Source: an uncultured Candidatus Saccharibacteria bacterium
Lineage (GTDB): Bacteria > Patescibacteriota > Saccharimonadia > Saccharimonadales > JAGQNJ01
Assembly (NCBI GenBank): GCA_964426845.1
Contig: CAYRSA010000001.1
Location: forward strand, 107,237-171,236
Length of the DNA: 64,000 bases
Direction: 5' to 3'
Shown: in pieces, positions 45,664-55,326 of the stretch
Layout: each line of letters begins with the position of its first letter
How positions within the stretch are numbered: position 1 is the first letter of the stretch
The notes under the pieces: model-generated
Databases searched by the model: none
The model's input: only the letters and a program-made list of their open reading frames with translations
Told to the model about the DNA's origin: nothing
Made by a program: the position numbers and the translations under genes

Positions 45664-46134
45664 CTACTGCTCGCCAGCAGACTGCAGAGCCAATAAGCCC
45701 CGCGCCACCATCAGACCGTGGTCCGCTTCAAAATCTTTTACAAATTCCACTGGATAACACTCAGCGGGCACCGGCACTCCGGCCGGCAGAATATTCTTTA
45801 CGACGCGTCCAACATACTTATCTACGGTGTGCTGAGAGATAATGTGAGGTTGGATACTTAGGTGTACGACATGACCGCCCCGAGCCTCTGGACTTGGTGG
45901 AGCAATCACCCGGACGTAGTCGGGATGAAGATTGCTGCCGATAATCTTGGTCCGCCAGTCCTCGTCATCGACTAGTGTAATTTGCCGTCGCCAAAAACCA
46001 TGGGCTCGAACCAGCCCAGTTGGAAGCTTACTCCAAGCAACATAAAGTTCCTGTCGGATATCTTTTATGGGGCTATTGTCATCGATGCCGTTCGGCCAGG
46101 CTACAACTTCTGGACTAGCAACTTTGGTGGGCAT
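45664..46134 (-). CDS. Hypothetical protein
   Basis: 156-aa ORF that starts 2 nt after the glyQS stop. I recognised no motif. Confidence 0.5.
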   Translation of the reverse strand: MPTKVASPEVVAWPNGIDDNSPIKDIRQELYVAWSKLPTGLVRAHGFWRRQITLVDDEDWRTKIIGSNLHPDYVRVIAPPSPEARGGHVVHLSIQPHIISQHTVDKYVGRVVKNILPAGVPVPAECYPVEFVKDFEADHGLMVARGLLALQSAGEQ

Positions 46135-46136
46135 AA

Positions 46137-47450
46137 CTAGGCCTCCAGTTTTTTAATCAAATCGGTGATTTTGACTCGCTCTTGCGTGGTTGTGTCCCTG
46201 TCGCGGACTGTTACGGTGTCATCTTCCAGGGTATCGAAGTCGATAGTCACGCACTTGGGCGTACCGATCTCATCCTGCCGGCGATATCTTTTACCAATGT
46301 TGCCGTTGTCGTCCCACATGACGTTGCCAAATTCTGCCTTCAGAGTTTTGTAAACTTCCTGAGCCTTTTTTACCAACTCTGGCTTATTCTTTAGCAGCGG
46401 CGACACCGCTACTTTGACTGGGGCCAGATCAGCTGGCAACTTCAAGTAAACACGCTTATCGCCTTCTACCTCGTCTTCGGTGTAGGCACTGGCCAGGACG
46501 GCCACGATGGCTCGCTCGACGCCAAAGCTTGGCTCAATTACATGCGGAATAAAGGCCTCGCCGCCTTCTTTCGGCCGGTACTCAACGCTTTTGCCGGAGT
46601 TGTCTTGGATGTTCTTTAAGTCAAAGTCGGTGCGGTAAGCCAGGCCCAACAACTCGTCACGCTTGTGCGGGAAATCGAATTCAAAATCGATGGTCCGCTT
46701 GCTGTAATGGGCCCGATCCTCGTCTGGCACCTCTAGCTGATGTACCGAACTGGCTGGCAGACCAAGTTCCCTAAGGAAGGCTTCGATGTCGCTAACCCAT
46801 TTCTCGAATTCCTTTTCCCAACCCTTAGGATCTATAAAATACTCGATTTCCATTTGCTCGAATTCGCGCGATCTGAAAACAAAATCGCGCGGACTAATCT
46901 CGTTGCGAAAGGCCTTACCAATCTGAGCAATACCAAACGGCAAGTCCGGATAAAAACTGTCCACCACGTTCTTGAAATTGGTAAATATTCCCTGAGCCGT
47001 CTCTGGTCGCAGATAGCTAATAGAGCTGTCATCTTCAGTCGGACCGACAGTCGTTTTGAACATCATGTTGAATTCACGAGCCTCACTAAAAGTGCCGGTT
47101 TTGCCACAATTTGGGCACTTATCCCCTTCTAGGTGGTCGGCTCGGAATCTACCTTTGCAGTTTGAACATTCTACTAAGGGATCACTGAATGTGTCGACGT
47201 GGCCACTGGCTTGCCAAACCTTGGGGTTCATCAAAATCGCCGCGTCTACGCCGTACATATCGTCGCGGTCTTCAACAAAAGTTTTCCACCACAGGTTTTG
47301 AATGTTGCGCTTCAAAGCCACACCCAGTGGACCGTAGTCCCAGGTGCCAGCCAGACCGCCGTAAATCTCTGAGCCCTGGTAAATAAAGCCGCGGCGCTTA
47401 CACAGCGAAACTAGCTCATCCATTGATACTTGCTTGCTCATCTTAAGCAC
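46137..47450 (-). CDS. glyQS: Glycine--tRNA ligase (dimeric class II type)
   Basis: RRGFIYQGSEIYGGLAGTWDYGPLG, FRNEISPR and the Cys-rich insertion are GlyQS-type features. The start may be an internal Met a few codons downstream. Confidence 0.95.
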   Translation of the reverse strand: MLKMSKQVSMDELVSLCKRRGFIYQGSEIYGGLAGTWDYGPLGVALKRNIQNLWWKTFVEDRDDMYGVDAAILMNPKVWQASGHVDTFSDPLVECSNCKGRFRADHLEGDKCPNCGKTGTFSEAREFNMMFKTTVGPTEDDSSISYLRPETAQGIFTNFKNVVDSFYPDLPFGIAQIGKAFRNEISPRDFVFRSREFEQMEIEYFIDPKGWEKEFEKWVSDIEAFLRELGLPASSVHQLEVPDEDRAHYSKRTIDFEFDFPHKRDELLGLAYRTDFDLKNIQDNSGKSVEYRPKEGGEAFIPHVIEPSFGVERAIVAVLASAYTEDEVEGDKRVYLKLPADLAPVKVAVSPLLKNKPELVKKAQEVYKTLKAEFGNVMWDDNGNIGKRYRRQDEIGTPKCVTIDFDTLEDDTVTVRDRDTTTQERVKITDLIKKLEA

Positions 47451-47480
47451 TATTGTAACAGATTGAAGGCAGTGGCGTTA

Positions 47481-48338
47481 TTATTTGCTGGCGCTAGCCG
47501 GGATTGGCTTTTGAAAAGCTAATTCACGTGGCAAGGCCTCAACCACCCAGCGGCCGCCCCTGAGGCCATTGGATGGATACGGTGGTGTAGCCATCACCAA
47601 TTTAAAGCCGAATTGATCAAGAAGCCGGATATCTTCAGGAGTGGAACCCCTCAAGACAAACAATCCGCCGGGCTTAATGACTCGGGCCGCCTCTTCAGCC
47701 AAGCCCACTCGCACATTCTGACCAACAGCTGCCTGGAATTCTTTAGAGCTTGGGTCATCGGCACTAGCCAAGGCCTGCTGATACGCTCGCTCAACCTGTT
47801 TTTGTGACCTTCGCGAATTTATTGGCATCCCTGGCGGGTTCTTCTCAACACAAGAAGCTAACAGTACGCCAACACTGTTAGAAGCCAGCGGTAATTTTCT
47901 GGCATCCGCTAGCATGTCAACCACCAGCCTGTCGGCTGCTGTCAAGGTAGCCGCGGGCGGGCGAAGCCCCTTCGCATGGGGATAAGATCCTCGAATATTG
48001 CTGACAATCGGACGGTCACCAAATGCCACCTCATTGATTAGGGCGTAGCCACGACCGGTTGGTCCTGCCACTTCAACAACCGGAGCGGCTAGTCCAGCCA
48101 CTAGTGATTGAGCATCAAAGCCGATGGCCCGGTAGATGTCGTCATCTTCCCTGATCAGTCCGCGGTCGGCTAAAAATTTCTCATTGGTTTCATAAGCCCG
48201 GGCTTGGTCCTGGTCCATCTCGCCTGCATATACCTCATCATTATTGGGAAATGGGTAATAAAATCCGCGTTCGTCTTCGGCTACAACCTGCTGGCGACTT
48301 ATTTCTGGTCTGGCTGGGGGTGTTTGTTCTTTAGACAC
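47481..48338 (-). CDS. Putative class I SAM-dependent methyltransferase-like protein
   Basis: It has a motif I-like VVEVAGPTGRG, the segment DMLADARKLPLASNSVGVLLAS, and RVIKPGGLFVL. The substrate is unknown. Confidence 0.5.
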   Translation of the reverse strand: MSKEQTPPARPEISRQQVVAEDERGFYYPFPNNDEVYAGEMDQDQARAYETNEKFLADRGLIREDDDIYRAIGFDAQSLVAGLAAPVVEVAGPTGRGYALINEVAFGDRPIVSNIRGSYPHAKGLRPPAATLTAADRLVVDMLADARKLPLASNSVGVLLASCVEKNPPGMPINSRRSQKQVERAYQQALASADDPSSKEFQAAVGQNVRVGLAEEAARVIKPGGLFVLRGSTPEDIRLLDQFGFKLVMATPPYPSNGLRGGRWVVEALPRELAFQKPIPASASK

Positions 48339-48381
48339 ATAGATATATTAACATACTATCATCGTTTTTTCAAGGAGGTAA

Positions 48382-49068
48382 TTAACCCGTGGATTGTTTG
48401 ATCAGGGCCTTCAGCAACCCTTCCAGGTCTTCTAGGATCTGGTCGGCTCCGCCGACCACGGCGATTTTGGCAGGTTGCTCGGATAACAACAGGCGCAGGA
48501 GCTTGATGTGACCATCGCGGTACATGCCATGTTCGCTGGCGAAGAAAGCTTGGGCTTCGAAGTCAAATTGGTAGTTGGTATTGGCTTCCAGCTTGGCGCC
48601 GTGGGTATCAGTGGTCAGATTCGGCGTGTGTCCGCCCAGACGCAGAGCCTGCATGTATAGCCATGATTCGGCCAATACAATGCTGAGATCAGTGTTATTC
48701 AAAGTTGCTAGTGTCCGCATTAGGACCTGGTAGTATTCGGCCTCGCTGTCCTCCTCGGTAATCTTGTCTATCAATTTCAGAGCATTATAGCCGGCTGTGG
48801 TTCGGTTAATTTCCGAGACTATATTGCCGTAGTGAGTCACCAAACGAGTCGATACCAGGGTGCCGATGTCCCGCCGGCCACGGATGAATGAGATATCCGA
48901 AATACTGAACAGTTCGATACCACCGGCCAGTTTACTTTTAACTTTGCGTACCCCCTTGGCCATCAAGCGCAGCTTGCCATATTCCGGCGTGATAATCGTC
49001 AAAATCCGGTCGGCCTCACCAAAGTTAATCCGGTTTAGTACTATGCCGTTGGTCTGCTGGCTATTCAT
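48382..49068 (-). CDS. recO: DNA repair protein RecO
   Basis: It has the OB-fold N-terminus GIVLNRINFGEADRILTIITPEYGKLRLMAKGVRK. The start overlaps the upstream receiver gene by 4 nt. Confidence 0.88.
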   Translation of the reverse strand: MNSQQTNGIVLNRINFGEADRILTIITPEYGKLRLMAKGVRKVKSKLAGGIELFSISDISFIRGRRDIGTLVSTRLVTHYGNIVSEINRTTAGYNALKLIDKITEEDSEAEYYQVLMRTLATLNNTDLSIVLAESWLYMQALRLGGHTPNLTTDTHGAKLEANTNYQFDFEAQAFFASEHGMYRDGHIKLLRLLLSEQPAKIAVVGGADQILEDLEGLLKALIKQSTG

Positions 49069-49448
49069 GCTGAAACCTGAATGATCTCTTCTACCATAGT
49101 GGTCAGGGTTAATAAATTGGTGTCGGGCTTATAGCAAAAGACCTTTACACCCAGCTCAGACATTTTGGTCTCGTCTAGGCCGGCTCGATCTAGGCTTAAC
49201 TGGGAAAGAATAATCACCGGAATATCCTGCCAGTCGGCGTGGCTTCGCAACTCGTATAAAAACTCTACGCCGTTGTGACGGGGCAAGCGAAGCTCCAGAA
49301 TTATGCAATCCGGTCGAACTGCATCAGTGGCATTTATGGCTGACTGGGCATCCTGAGCCCGCAGTAAATGATGGCCGCGGGCCTGAAGTGCGGCGGCGTA
49401 AGTTTTGGCTAGAACGGTATCTGGCTCCACCAATAAAATCTGGGCCAT
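49065..49448 (-). CDS. Response regulator, receiver domain only
   Basis: ILLVEPD...DCIILELRLP...YKPD in 127 aa, with no output domain. Confidence 0.85.
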   Translation of the reverse strand: MAQILLVEPDTVLAKTYAAALQARGHHLLRAQDAQSAINATDAVRPDCIILELRLPRHNGVEFLYELRSHADWQDIPVIILSQLSLDRAGLDETKMSELGVKVFCYKPDTNLLTLTTMVEEIIQVSA

Positions 49449-49460
49449 GTACTAATAGTA

Positions 49461-50159
49461 CTACAGAAGTGCCAGTTGGTGGCTGGGCATCATAACGGCA
49501 GCTAGGCCGGTTTTACGACCAAACTTCAGCACCTTCAGGGGTGATTCCATGGCTGCAAATAAATGATCGGCCAGGTATAGGCCAACGCCACTGTTTTGGG
49601 TAAAGCCGCCGGCTGGTTGATCGGCGCGGCCGTACAACTGGCGGGCCTGTTGCAAATCCTCGGCTGTCACATGGGCGACATCACTCAGAACTCCAGCGGT
49701 AATCCCCTCTTTAGTTTGCTGGGCCACCAATGTCAGAGTTTGACTCCGGCCTTTTGGGCCACCAGTCAAAAAAGTATAGGCCAGACTATTGAGCGCCGCT
49801 TTTAGGCCCGCCCCATGGGCCATAGCCTGCCCGGTTGAACCATGAACCCGAATATCGATAGACGTGTCGTACAGTTGTGATAGTTCGTATAAATCCTGAG
49901 CCACGTCGTATAATGTTGCTGTCACCGAAACCGGCGCCAAGTCCAACTGGCCCTGCTTGCCAAGACTAGTTACTAGTAAATAGCCGTCAATAAGTCTTAG
50001 GGCATTGGCGGCCGTAGTTTCGATAGTTCGCAGCTGATTAGCGGGCTGGCTCAGCTCGGCCAGCTCGGCTGAACGGGCAATCTGAACAAGGGGCAATTTT
50101 AACTCGTCGGCCAGGGACCGCCACAGCTCCACCCCCGTTATTTGCCGTTCGTTAACCAC
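49461..50159 (-). CDS. Cytoplasmic histidine-kinase homolog with degenerate catalytic motifs (pseudo-kinase)
   Basis: It has the DHp-like segment LADELKLPLVQIARSAEL and the G2-like NSGVGLYLA. The H-box His is replaced by Asp, and the N and G1 boxes are not recognisable. It has no TM helix. Confidence 0.65.
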   Translation of the reverse strand: MVNERQITGVELWRSLADELKLPLVQIARSAELAELSQPANQLRTIETTAANALRLIDGYLLVTSLGKQGQLDLAPVSVTATLYDVAQDLYELSQLYDTSIDIRVHGSTGQAMAHGAGLKAALNSLAYTFLTGGPKGRSQTLTLVAQQTKEGITAGVLSDVAHVTAEDLQQARQLYGRADQPAGGFTQNSGVGLYLADHLFAAMESPLKVLKFGRKTGLAAVMMPSHQLALL

Positions 50160-50210
50160 TAATAACCCTCTCTTACATACTAGGTCTAGTATAGCACTTG
50201 CTTTGGGTGC

Positions 50211-50864
50211 TTAGGGGACGAACTTGAAGTTAGCCATGACGTTGTTGAAGAAGTCATCAGTAAACTGGTCGGCTTCGGTCCAAATCTTAACCGTCTTGTC
50301 ACGCAAAGGTAGTAGGATCAGCGTACCAGACTTTTGGCTGGCAATTTCACCAACCAACTGAGTGCCGACAATGTTCTCAACATTAACAGGCTTATACGGG
50401 GTTGCTTTGGTCTTACCTTGCTTAACATTACCCTCGAAGGTGCGTAGCTCGTCAGCATAAGGTCGATCAACTACCTGAACCCTGAGAGCGTAGTTTGGGT
50501 TGCTAGCCGCTCCAGGTACAAAGTTCGGGTGGAAGAAACCGTCAACACCCTTACTCTCGTCAACATAGGCGCTCCAGGTCTTGGGGTATTTCAAGCTGAG
50601 CGTACCGTAGGCTGGTGGGCCCTGATACTCTTGCAACGGTTCTTTTTCGCGTTCGATGAACTCATTATCTTTTTCGGTAGCTGTCTCTTTCTCAGCCACC
50701 TCCACGGCCGTGGCAATTTTGGCATCAGTATTATTTTTGTAGTCGGTCCTCTCGGAGTAGGCCCACAGACCAAAGCCCAGGGCAGCCAAGAATAATACCA
50801 CCGCCAAAATCAGCGGGATTATCAATAAGTTAATGGAGCCATCTTCTCGACTCTGAATCTTCAT
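50211..50864 (-). CDS. Membrane-anchored hypothetical protein
   Basis: 217 aa with one N-terminal TM helix. I recognised no motif. Confidence 0.55.
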   Translation of the reverse strand: MKIQSREDGSINLLIIPLILAVVLFLAALGFGLWAYSERTDYKNNTDAKIATAVEVAEKETATEKDNEFIEREKEPLQEYQGPPAYGTLSLKYPKTWSAYVDESKGVDGFFHPNFVPGAASNPNYALRVQVVDRPYADELRTFEGNVKQGKTKATPYKPVNVENIVGTQLVGEIASQKSGTLILLPLRDKTVKIWTEADQFTDDFFNNVMANFKFVP

Positions 50865-50905
50865 ACTGCTAATGGTATACCAAAACTGCCCTGAGGGGCA
50901 AGCCC

Positions 50906-51403
50906 TTAATACTTATAGAGATATAGGCCGTCTTGGCTTTTGTCCGGTTTACGCGAATCGATTGTAAAAGCAAAGCTGACCAACTTAGTCCCCTTCTTAC
51001 AATCAGCTTTAATTTTGGCGTCTAACTTCTCCATGTACGGTTGTAGCAAAAACACAAACACCCCGTCAGCAGGTGGCCAAGTTTTGTGCCAGTAATTGCC
51101 CCAGTGGATTTTGACTTGTTTGCGGTAGCGCCAGCAAACAATCTTAGAATAGATAACCAGTAGCGGATTGAGCTCATAGCCCACGGCCTTCAGGCCACGC
51201 TCGGCCGCCGCTTTCAAGACCCGACCATCACCACTGCCCAGCTCTAAAAGTGTCTGGCCTGGTTTCAGGTTAATAAGATCTAGAGCGATGACCATCTTGG
51301 GCCGAAGAATTGGCAAGAACGGAGCTCCAAAGACCACTACAAAACTAAAGGCCGCAAATAAAACTGCGCACGAAATTAAGGCTATGTTCCAAGCCAGCTC
51401 CAT
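50906..51403 (-). CDS. Small class I SAM-dependent methyltransferase with an N-terminal hydrophobic segment
   Basis: Motif I is LLELGSGDGRVLKAAAERG, followed by VGYELNP. Its start overlaps the xseB stop in a TAATG arrangement. Confidence 0.7.
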   Translation of the reverse strand: MELAWNIALISCAVLFAAFSFVVVFGAPFLPILRPKMVIALDLINLKPGQTLLELGSGDGRVLKAAAERGLKAVGYELNPLLVIYSKIVCWRYRKQVKIHWGNYWHKTWPPADGVFVFLLQPYMEKLDAKIKADCKKGTKLVSFAFTIDSRKPDKSQDGLYLYKY

Positions 51404-51585
51404 TAGATCTTAACTTTACTCAGCTTGTTCTCGGCCGTCTTAAGGTGTTTCTGCAGCTCTGCGATAACCTTACTGGCCGCCTCGTAAGTTGTGATGGCCG
51501 TATCCACGTCCAAAGCATCGTCTTGCAACTTAGTCATTAAGTCGTCGAGTTCTTTTTGTAATTGGCGGTAAGTTTTAGCCGGCAT
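51403..51585 (-). CDS. xseB: Exodeoxyribonuclease VII small subunit
   Basis: A 60-aa helical protein (TYRQLQKELDDLMTKLQDDALDVD...) lying directly after xseA. I chose ATG 51585 with GAGG upstream; the track start at 51612 would overlap xseA. Confidence 0.85.
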   Translation of the reverse strand: MPAKTYRQLQKELDDLMTKLQDDALDVDTAITTYEAASKVIAELQKHLKTAENKLSKVKI

Positions 51586-51589
51586 GACT

Positions 51590-52696
51590 CTATTGTACCT
51601 CAGCCCTGACACTGCCGTCGTGGAATTCTATATCCAGCCTATCCTTGGGATGCAGGTCCTTACTGCTACGTACACTGCCGGAGCCGCTTCGCACGATAGC
51701 GTAACCCCTGTCCAGCACACGCCTGGGGTTTATTTGGTCCAGCGTCAACTGCAGGCTTGCCAGGTGTTGCTGTTTTTGAGCTAACTGCCAGCGGATGTGC
51801 TGCAACATGGCTTTAGACGTCGCTGTCAGCCGTTCTTGCTCGAGCTTAATCTGGTCCTGGAGCTGTCGTTTAGTAGCCTCTTGGAGGCCTTGTAACCCAG
51901 CTATCTCGTCGCGGCGATCTGGAACCAGTAACTCGGCAGCGTTGCTGGGCGTACTAGCGTGAACATCGGCCGCCCGCTCGGCCAAACTGATATCCCGCTC
52001 GTGACCAATGGCCAGAAGTGTCGGGATACGGCTGGCGGCCACTGCTCGCACGACCGGCTCACTTGAGAAAGCCTGCAGATCTTCCAAGCTGCCGCCGCCG
52101 CGAGTGATAACTAGAACTTCAGGGGCCAGATTGTGAGCATTGAAGTACTCTATAGCCGACTTAATCTGCCCAGCCGCGGCATCACCCTGGACCTGGACAT
52201 CATAATGCAACAGCTCTAGGCCACCCCACCGGGCGTTCAAAATTTTCAAGAAATCGCTATAGGCCGCTGATTCGCCCGAGGCGATCAGGCCAATCCTTGC
52301 TGGCGGATATGGCAAGGTCCGCTTGCGCTCTGGGTCAAATAAGCCCTCTTTAGTGAGGCGCAGCTCCAGTAGTTGGCTGGCTTTCTTGATAGTTCCCTCT
52401 CCGGCCAAAGCGATAGATTGGATATTGATACTGAAACCATAGTTGGGGTGCAACTGCGGGGTGCCGCTAACCCGCAAGACCATGCCGTCTTCCAGCGGTC
52501 CCGGCAGCTGATAGACGGTGCCGAAGAATTTAACATTCGAAGTTTCGTCCTTAAGGTCAAAATAGACCCAGCGGCCTTTACTGACCCGAAAGCTGCTCAG
52601 CTCGCCCTCCACTACTACGAATGGATAGACCGTGGAGATAGTCTGGTTAAATACCGCTACAAAGTCGGTAACCGAATAAATTATTGGTTCGCTCAT
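51590..52696 (-). CDS. xseA: Exodeoxyribonuclease VII large subunit
   Basis: It has the OB-fold N-terminus (VVVEGELSSFRVSKGRWVYFDLKD), the catalytic core IGLIASGESAAYSDF...ITRGGGSLEDL, and a coiled-coil C-terminus. Confidence 0.92.
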   Translation of the reverse strand: MSEPIIYSVTDFVAVFNQTISTVYPFVVVEGELSSFRVSKGRWVYFDLKDETSNVKFFGTVYQLPGPLEDGMVLRVSGTPQLHPNYGFSINIQSIALAGEGTIKKASQLLELRLTKEGLFDPERKRTLPYPPARIGLIASGESAAYSDFLKILNARWGGLELLHYDVQVQGDAAAGQIKSAIEYFNAHNLAPEVLVITRGGGSLEDLQAFSSEPVVRAVAASRIPTLLAIGHERDISLAERAADVHASTPSNAAELLVPDRRDEIAGLQGLQEATKRQLQDQIKLEQERLTATSKAMLQHIRWQLAQKQQHLASLQLTLDQINPRRVLDRGYAIVRSGSGSVRSSKDLHPKDRLDIEFHDGSVRAEVQ

Positions 52697-53739
52697 GACG
52701 ACTGAGAGGCTTGTTCGCGCAGGGCCTTGTGATAGAAGTAATAACCCGGTGGCAACTGCAGAGTCATGTTCAGCACCCGGTAAGTCAGGGTAATCGGAAT
52801 GCTGACCCCGGCTGGTACACCGGCCGAGGCTAAGACGGCCGTCATCAAGGCCTCGTAAATACCGACGCCGCCCGGCAAGACCGAAATCAAGCCGGCAAAG
52901 TTAGCAATGGCATAAGCAATAATTACCGCCCCAGGGTTAACCCATTCGCCGAAGGCTATATAGACTACGTAGATGGTCAGAACTTCCGCAATATTAGCCA
53001 TTAGAGCTTGTATCAGCGGCTCACGCAGCACTTTAGGACTCTTCTTCAGTTCCATATAATCCTCGTGCAACTCGGTGAACAGCTTCTCTACCTTTTCGAT
53101 ATTAATGGTTTCGGGGTGCTTGGGCCTGACTACCTTGATGAGGCGGTTCACAAAGCGTGTGATAAAGGTGAAGAAGCCGTTGATACGGCGCTTACTGCCG
53201 ACGATGAACATCGCTCCCAGCGTTCCGACGAATAACAACGTGGCCAGCGAACCAGCCACTAAAATGGCAAAGCTATTAGCATCACCGCCAATTGCCAGGA
53301 TTATCAGCCCTACGGCCAGCAATACCTGAAACGACACAAACACTAAGACATAGCGAATCATCTGCACCAATGTTGATTTTCCGGGGCTAACGCCCAGGGT
53401 TTTCATGCGTACACCGAAATAAGATACCCCTGTTACACCGCCGCTGGGAAAAACGTTGTTCACGAAGTTAAGCTCTAGTGACAGCACTAACATCTTGAAG
53501 TAGCGGACTCGGTGGCCAAGAATCTTAAATAGGGCTTGATATAACTCCGCGTAAGAGTGGTAATTAAGTATTTGGGCAGGAACTATCAGCAATAAAGCCC
53601 AAGGTTTTAGGTTTTTCAAATTGCTGAAAGTGTCGGCAATTTCGTCCCTGACACTGTAAATTAGGGCCGTCAGGGCCAACAGGGTCACGATGTTTACAAC
53701 CATCTTCCATGGAAAGGAGCGTTTTTTGTCTTCTACCAT
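52693..53739 (-). CDS. Polytopic membrane protein, UPF0104/lysylphosphatidylglycerol-synthase TM-region (flippase-like) family
   Basis: It has about 8 TM helices and the family-typical layout, and its stop forms an ATGA overlap with xseA. The family assignment is from memory of the general pattern. Confidence 0.6.
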   Translation of the reverse strand: MVEDKKRSFPWKMVVNIVTLLALTALIYSVRDEIADTFSNLKNLKPWALLLIVPAQILNYHSYAELYQALFKILGHRVRYFKMLVLSLELNFVNNVFPSGGVTGVSYFGVRMKTLGVSPGKSTLVQMIRYVLVFVSFQVLLAVGLIILAIGGDANSFAILVAGSLATLLFVGTLGAMFIVGSKRRINGFFTFITRFVNRLIKVVRPKHPETINIEKVEKLFTELHEDYMELKKSPKVLREPLIQALMANIAEVLTIYVVYIAFGEWVNPGAVIIAYAIANFAGLISVLPGGVGIYEALMTAVLASAGVPAGVSIPITLTYRVLNMTLQLPPGYYFYHKALREQASQSS

Positions 53740-53788
53740 ATTCCCCTATTATACCTGGAAACTTCGCCACTTCCAGTATACTGGTGTC

Positions 53789-55000
53789 ATGAATCAAACC
53801 TTGGTCATTTTGGGCCGTCAACCGGCTCTGGGCCTAGCAGAATTAGAGAGCCTACTGGGCGCTGAGGCTATTCGGCCGCTCAGCACACCCAGCACTGCCC
53901 TAATTCAGGGCAAAGTTGAGGCTGATCTGTTCAAGCGCCTCGGCGGCACCATCAAAGCCGCTAAGTTATTGCACGAATTTGAAACCCCCCAATGGAAAGT
54001 CATCGAGCGCTACTTGCTCGACAACTTGCCAAAGCACCTTAAATACACTGATGAAGGCAGTAAATTAACTATTGGCCTGAGTGTTTTCGGTCTGGACGTC
54101 TCAACTAAACAACTATTAGCCACTGGCCTGTCTATCAAAAAAGTATTAAAAAGTCATGAAAAATCGGTGCGCTTGGTACCCAATAAAGAGCCAGCTCTTA
54201 ACAGCGCCCAAGTTATTCATAACAAACTTTTCGGTGCCAATGGCTGGGAGCTTGTCTTTGTCCGCGATGGTTCGAAAATCCTGATGGGCCTAACCGTTCA
54301 TGAGCAAGACATTACCGCCTACACTGCCCGTGACCAGGCTCGTCCTAAACGCGACAGCCAAGTCGGTATGCTACCCCCTAAACTAGCCCAAATTATCCTA
54401 AATTTGGCTGTCGGCCAAACTAAGCCCAATTTCGGAGCTACCGTCTTGGACCCATTCTGCGGTACTGGGGTAATTCTACAAGAAGCCCATCTCGCCGGCT
54501 TTGATTATCGGGGCAGCGACTTAGACCCACGCATGGTCGAATACAGCAGAGAAAACCTAAACTGGCTGGCCAGACAAGCCAGCTCTCCAAAGCGCGTTGA
54601 TGACGCTAGCTTTTTCGACAAAGTCATCTATCAAGCCGATGCCACCTCTTTTGAATGGCAACCAGCCCCCAACTTTATCGCCGCTGAAACCTACTTAGGC
54701 CGACCTTTTGACCGAGAACCGGACACTGAAACCCTCCTAAAAGTCATGAAAGATACGGCCTATATTCATCAGAAGTTCTTGGCCAACGTTGCCCAGCAAA
54801 CTCTGCCGGGTTTTCGGATGACCATAGCGGTACCGGCCTGGCACGCTAGAACGGGCGTAAAACACCTAAAAACCCTTGATTCTCTCGAGGAATTAGGCTA
54901 TACTCGTATGAGTTTTGTGCATGCTAGGGATAAAGATTTGATTTATCACCGCGAAGGTCAAGTTGTTGGCCGCGAGCTAGTCACACTAATAAGGAAATAA
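53789..55000 (+). CDS. Putative RNA methyltransferase (Trm11/RlmL-like, class I SAM-dependent)
   Basis: Motif I is VLDPFCGTGVILQEA, followed by GSDLDPRMV. I moved the start to ATG 53789 (MNQTLVILGRQ...) because the track start at 53690 overlaps the divergent membrane gene. Confidence 0.7.
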   Translation: MNQTLVILGRQPALGLAELESLLGAEAIRPLSTPSTALIQGKVEADLFKRLGGTIKAAKLLHEFETPQWKVIERYLLDNLPKHLKYTDEGSKLTIGLSVFGLDVSTKQLLATGLSIKKVLKSHEKSVRLVPNKEPALNSAQVIHNKLFGANGWELVFVRDGSKILMGLTVHEQDITAYTARDQARPKRDSQVGMLPPKLAQIILNLAVGQTKPNFGATVLDPFCGTGVILQEAHLAGFDYRGSDLDPRMVEYSRENLNWLARQASSPKRVDDASFFDKVIYQADATSFEWQPAPNFIAAETYLGRPFDREPDTETLLKVMKDTAYIHQKFLANVAQQTLPGFRMTIAVPAWHARTGVKHLKTLDSLEELGYTRMSFVHARDKDLIYHREGQVVGRELVTLIRK

Positions 55001-55001
55001 T

Positions 55002-55274
55002 ATGTCACACGTCAAAGCTGGCGGAACCAGTAAAAATAACCGCGACTCCCAAGGTCAACGCCTTGGTGTTAAGCTCTTTGGCGGCCAATCTGTCAAAGAA
55101 GGCCAAGTAATTGTGCGCCAAGTCGGCATGAACAAGCGCCCTGGACCAGGCACCTTTATCTCTCGTAATTTCACTATTCACGCTGCCAAAGATGGCACCG
55201 TCAATTACCGACAGCGCAAAGTCCGCCGTTTCACCGGCAAAACCACAATGCGCACCGAAGTCTCAGTCGACTAG
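55002..55274 (+). CDS. rpmA: 50S ribosomal protein L27
   Basis: MSHVKAGGTSKNNRDSQGQRLGVKLFGGQ...IVRQ is the L27 signature. Confidence 0.93.
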   Translation: MSHVKAGGTSKNNRDSQGQRLGVKLFGGQSVKEGQVIVRQVGMNKRPGPGTFISRNFTIHAAKDGTVNYRQRKVRRFTGKTTMRTEVSVD

Positions 55275-55291
55275 TTTATCACTGTAAACTA

Positions 55292-55320
55292 TTGCTTTTT
55301 TGATGTTTATATAGTATAAT
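55292..55320 (+). promoter_or_regulatory. Sigma70-type promoter positioned for a leaderless transcript of the 68-aa ORF
   Basis: TTGCTT (55292-55297), a 17-nt spacer, then TATAAT (55315-55320). The ATG at 55327 is 6 nt downstream, with no SD. Confidence 0.55.
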
Positions 55321-55326
55321 GGATGT

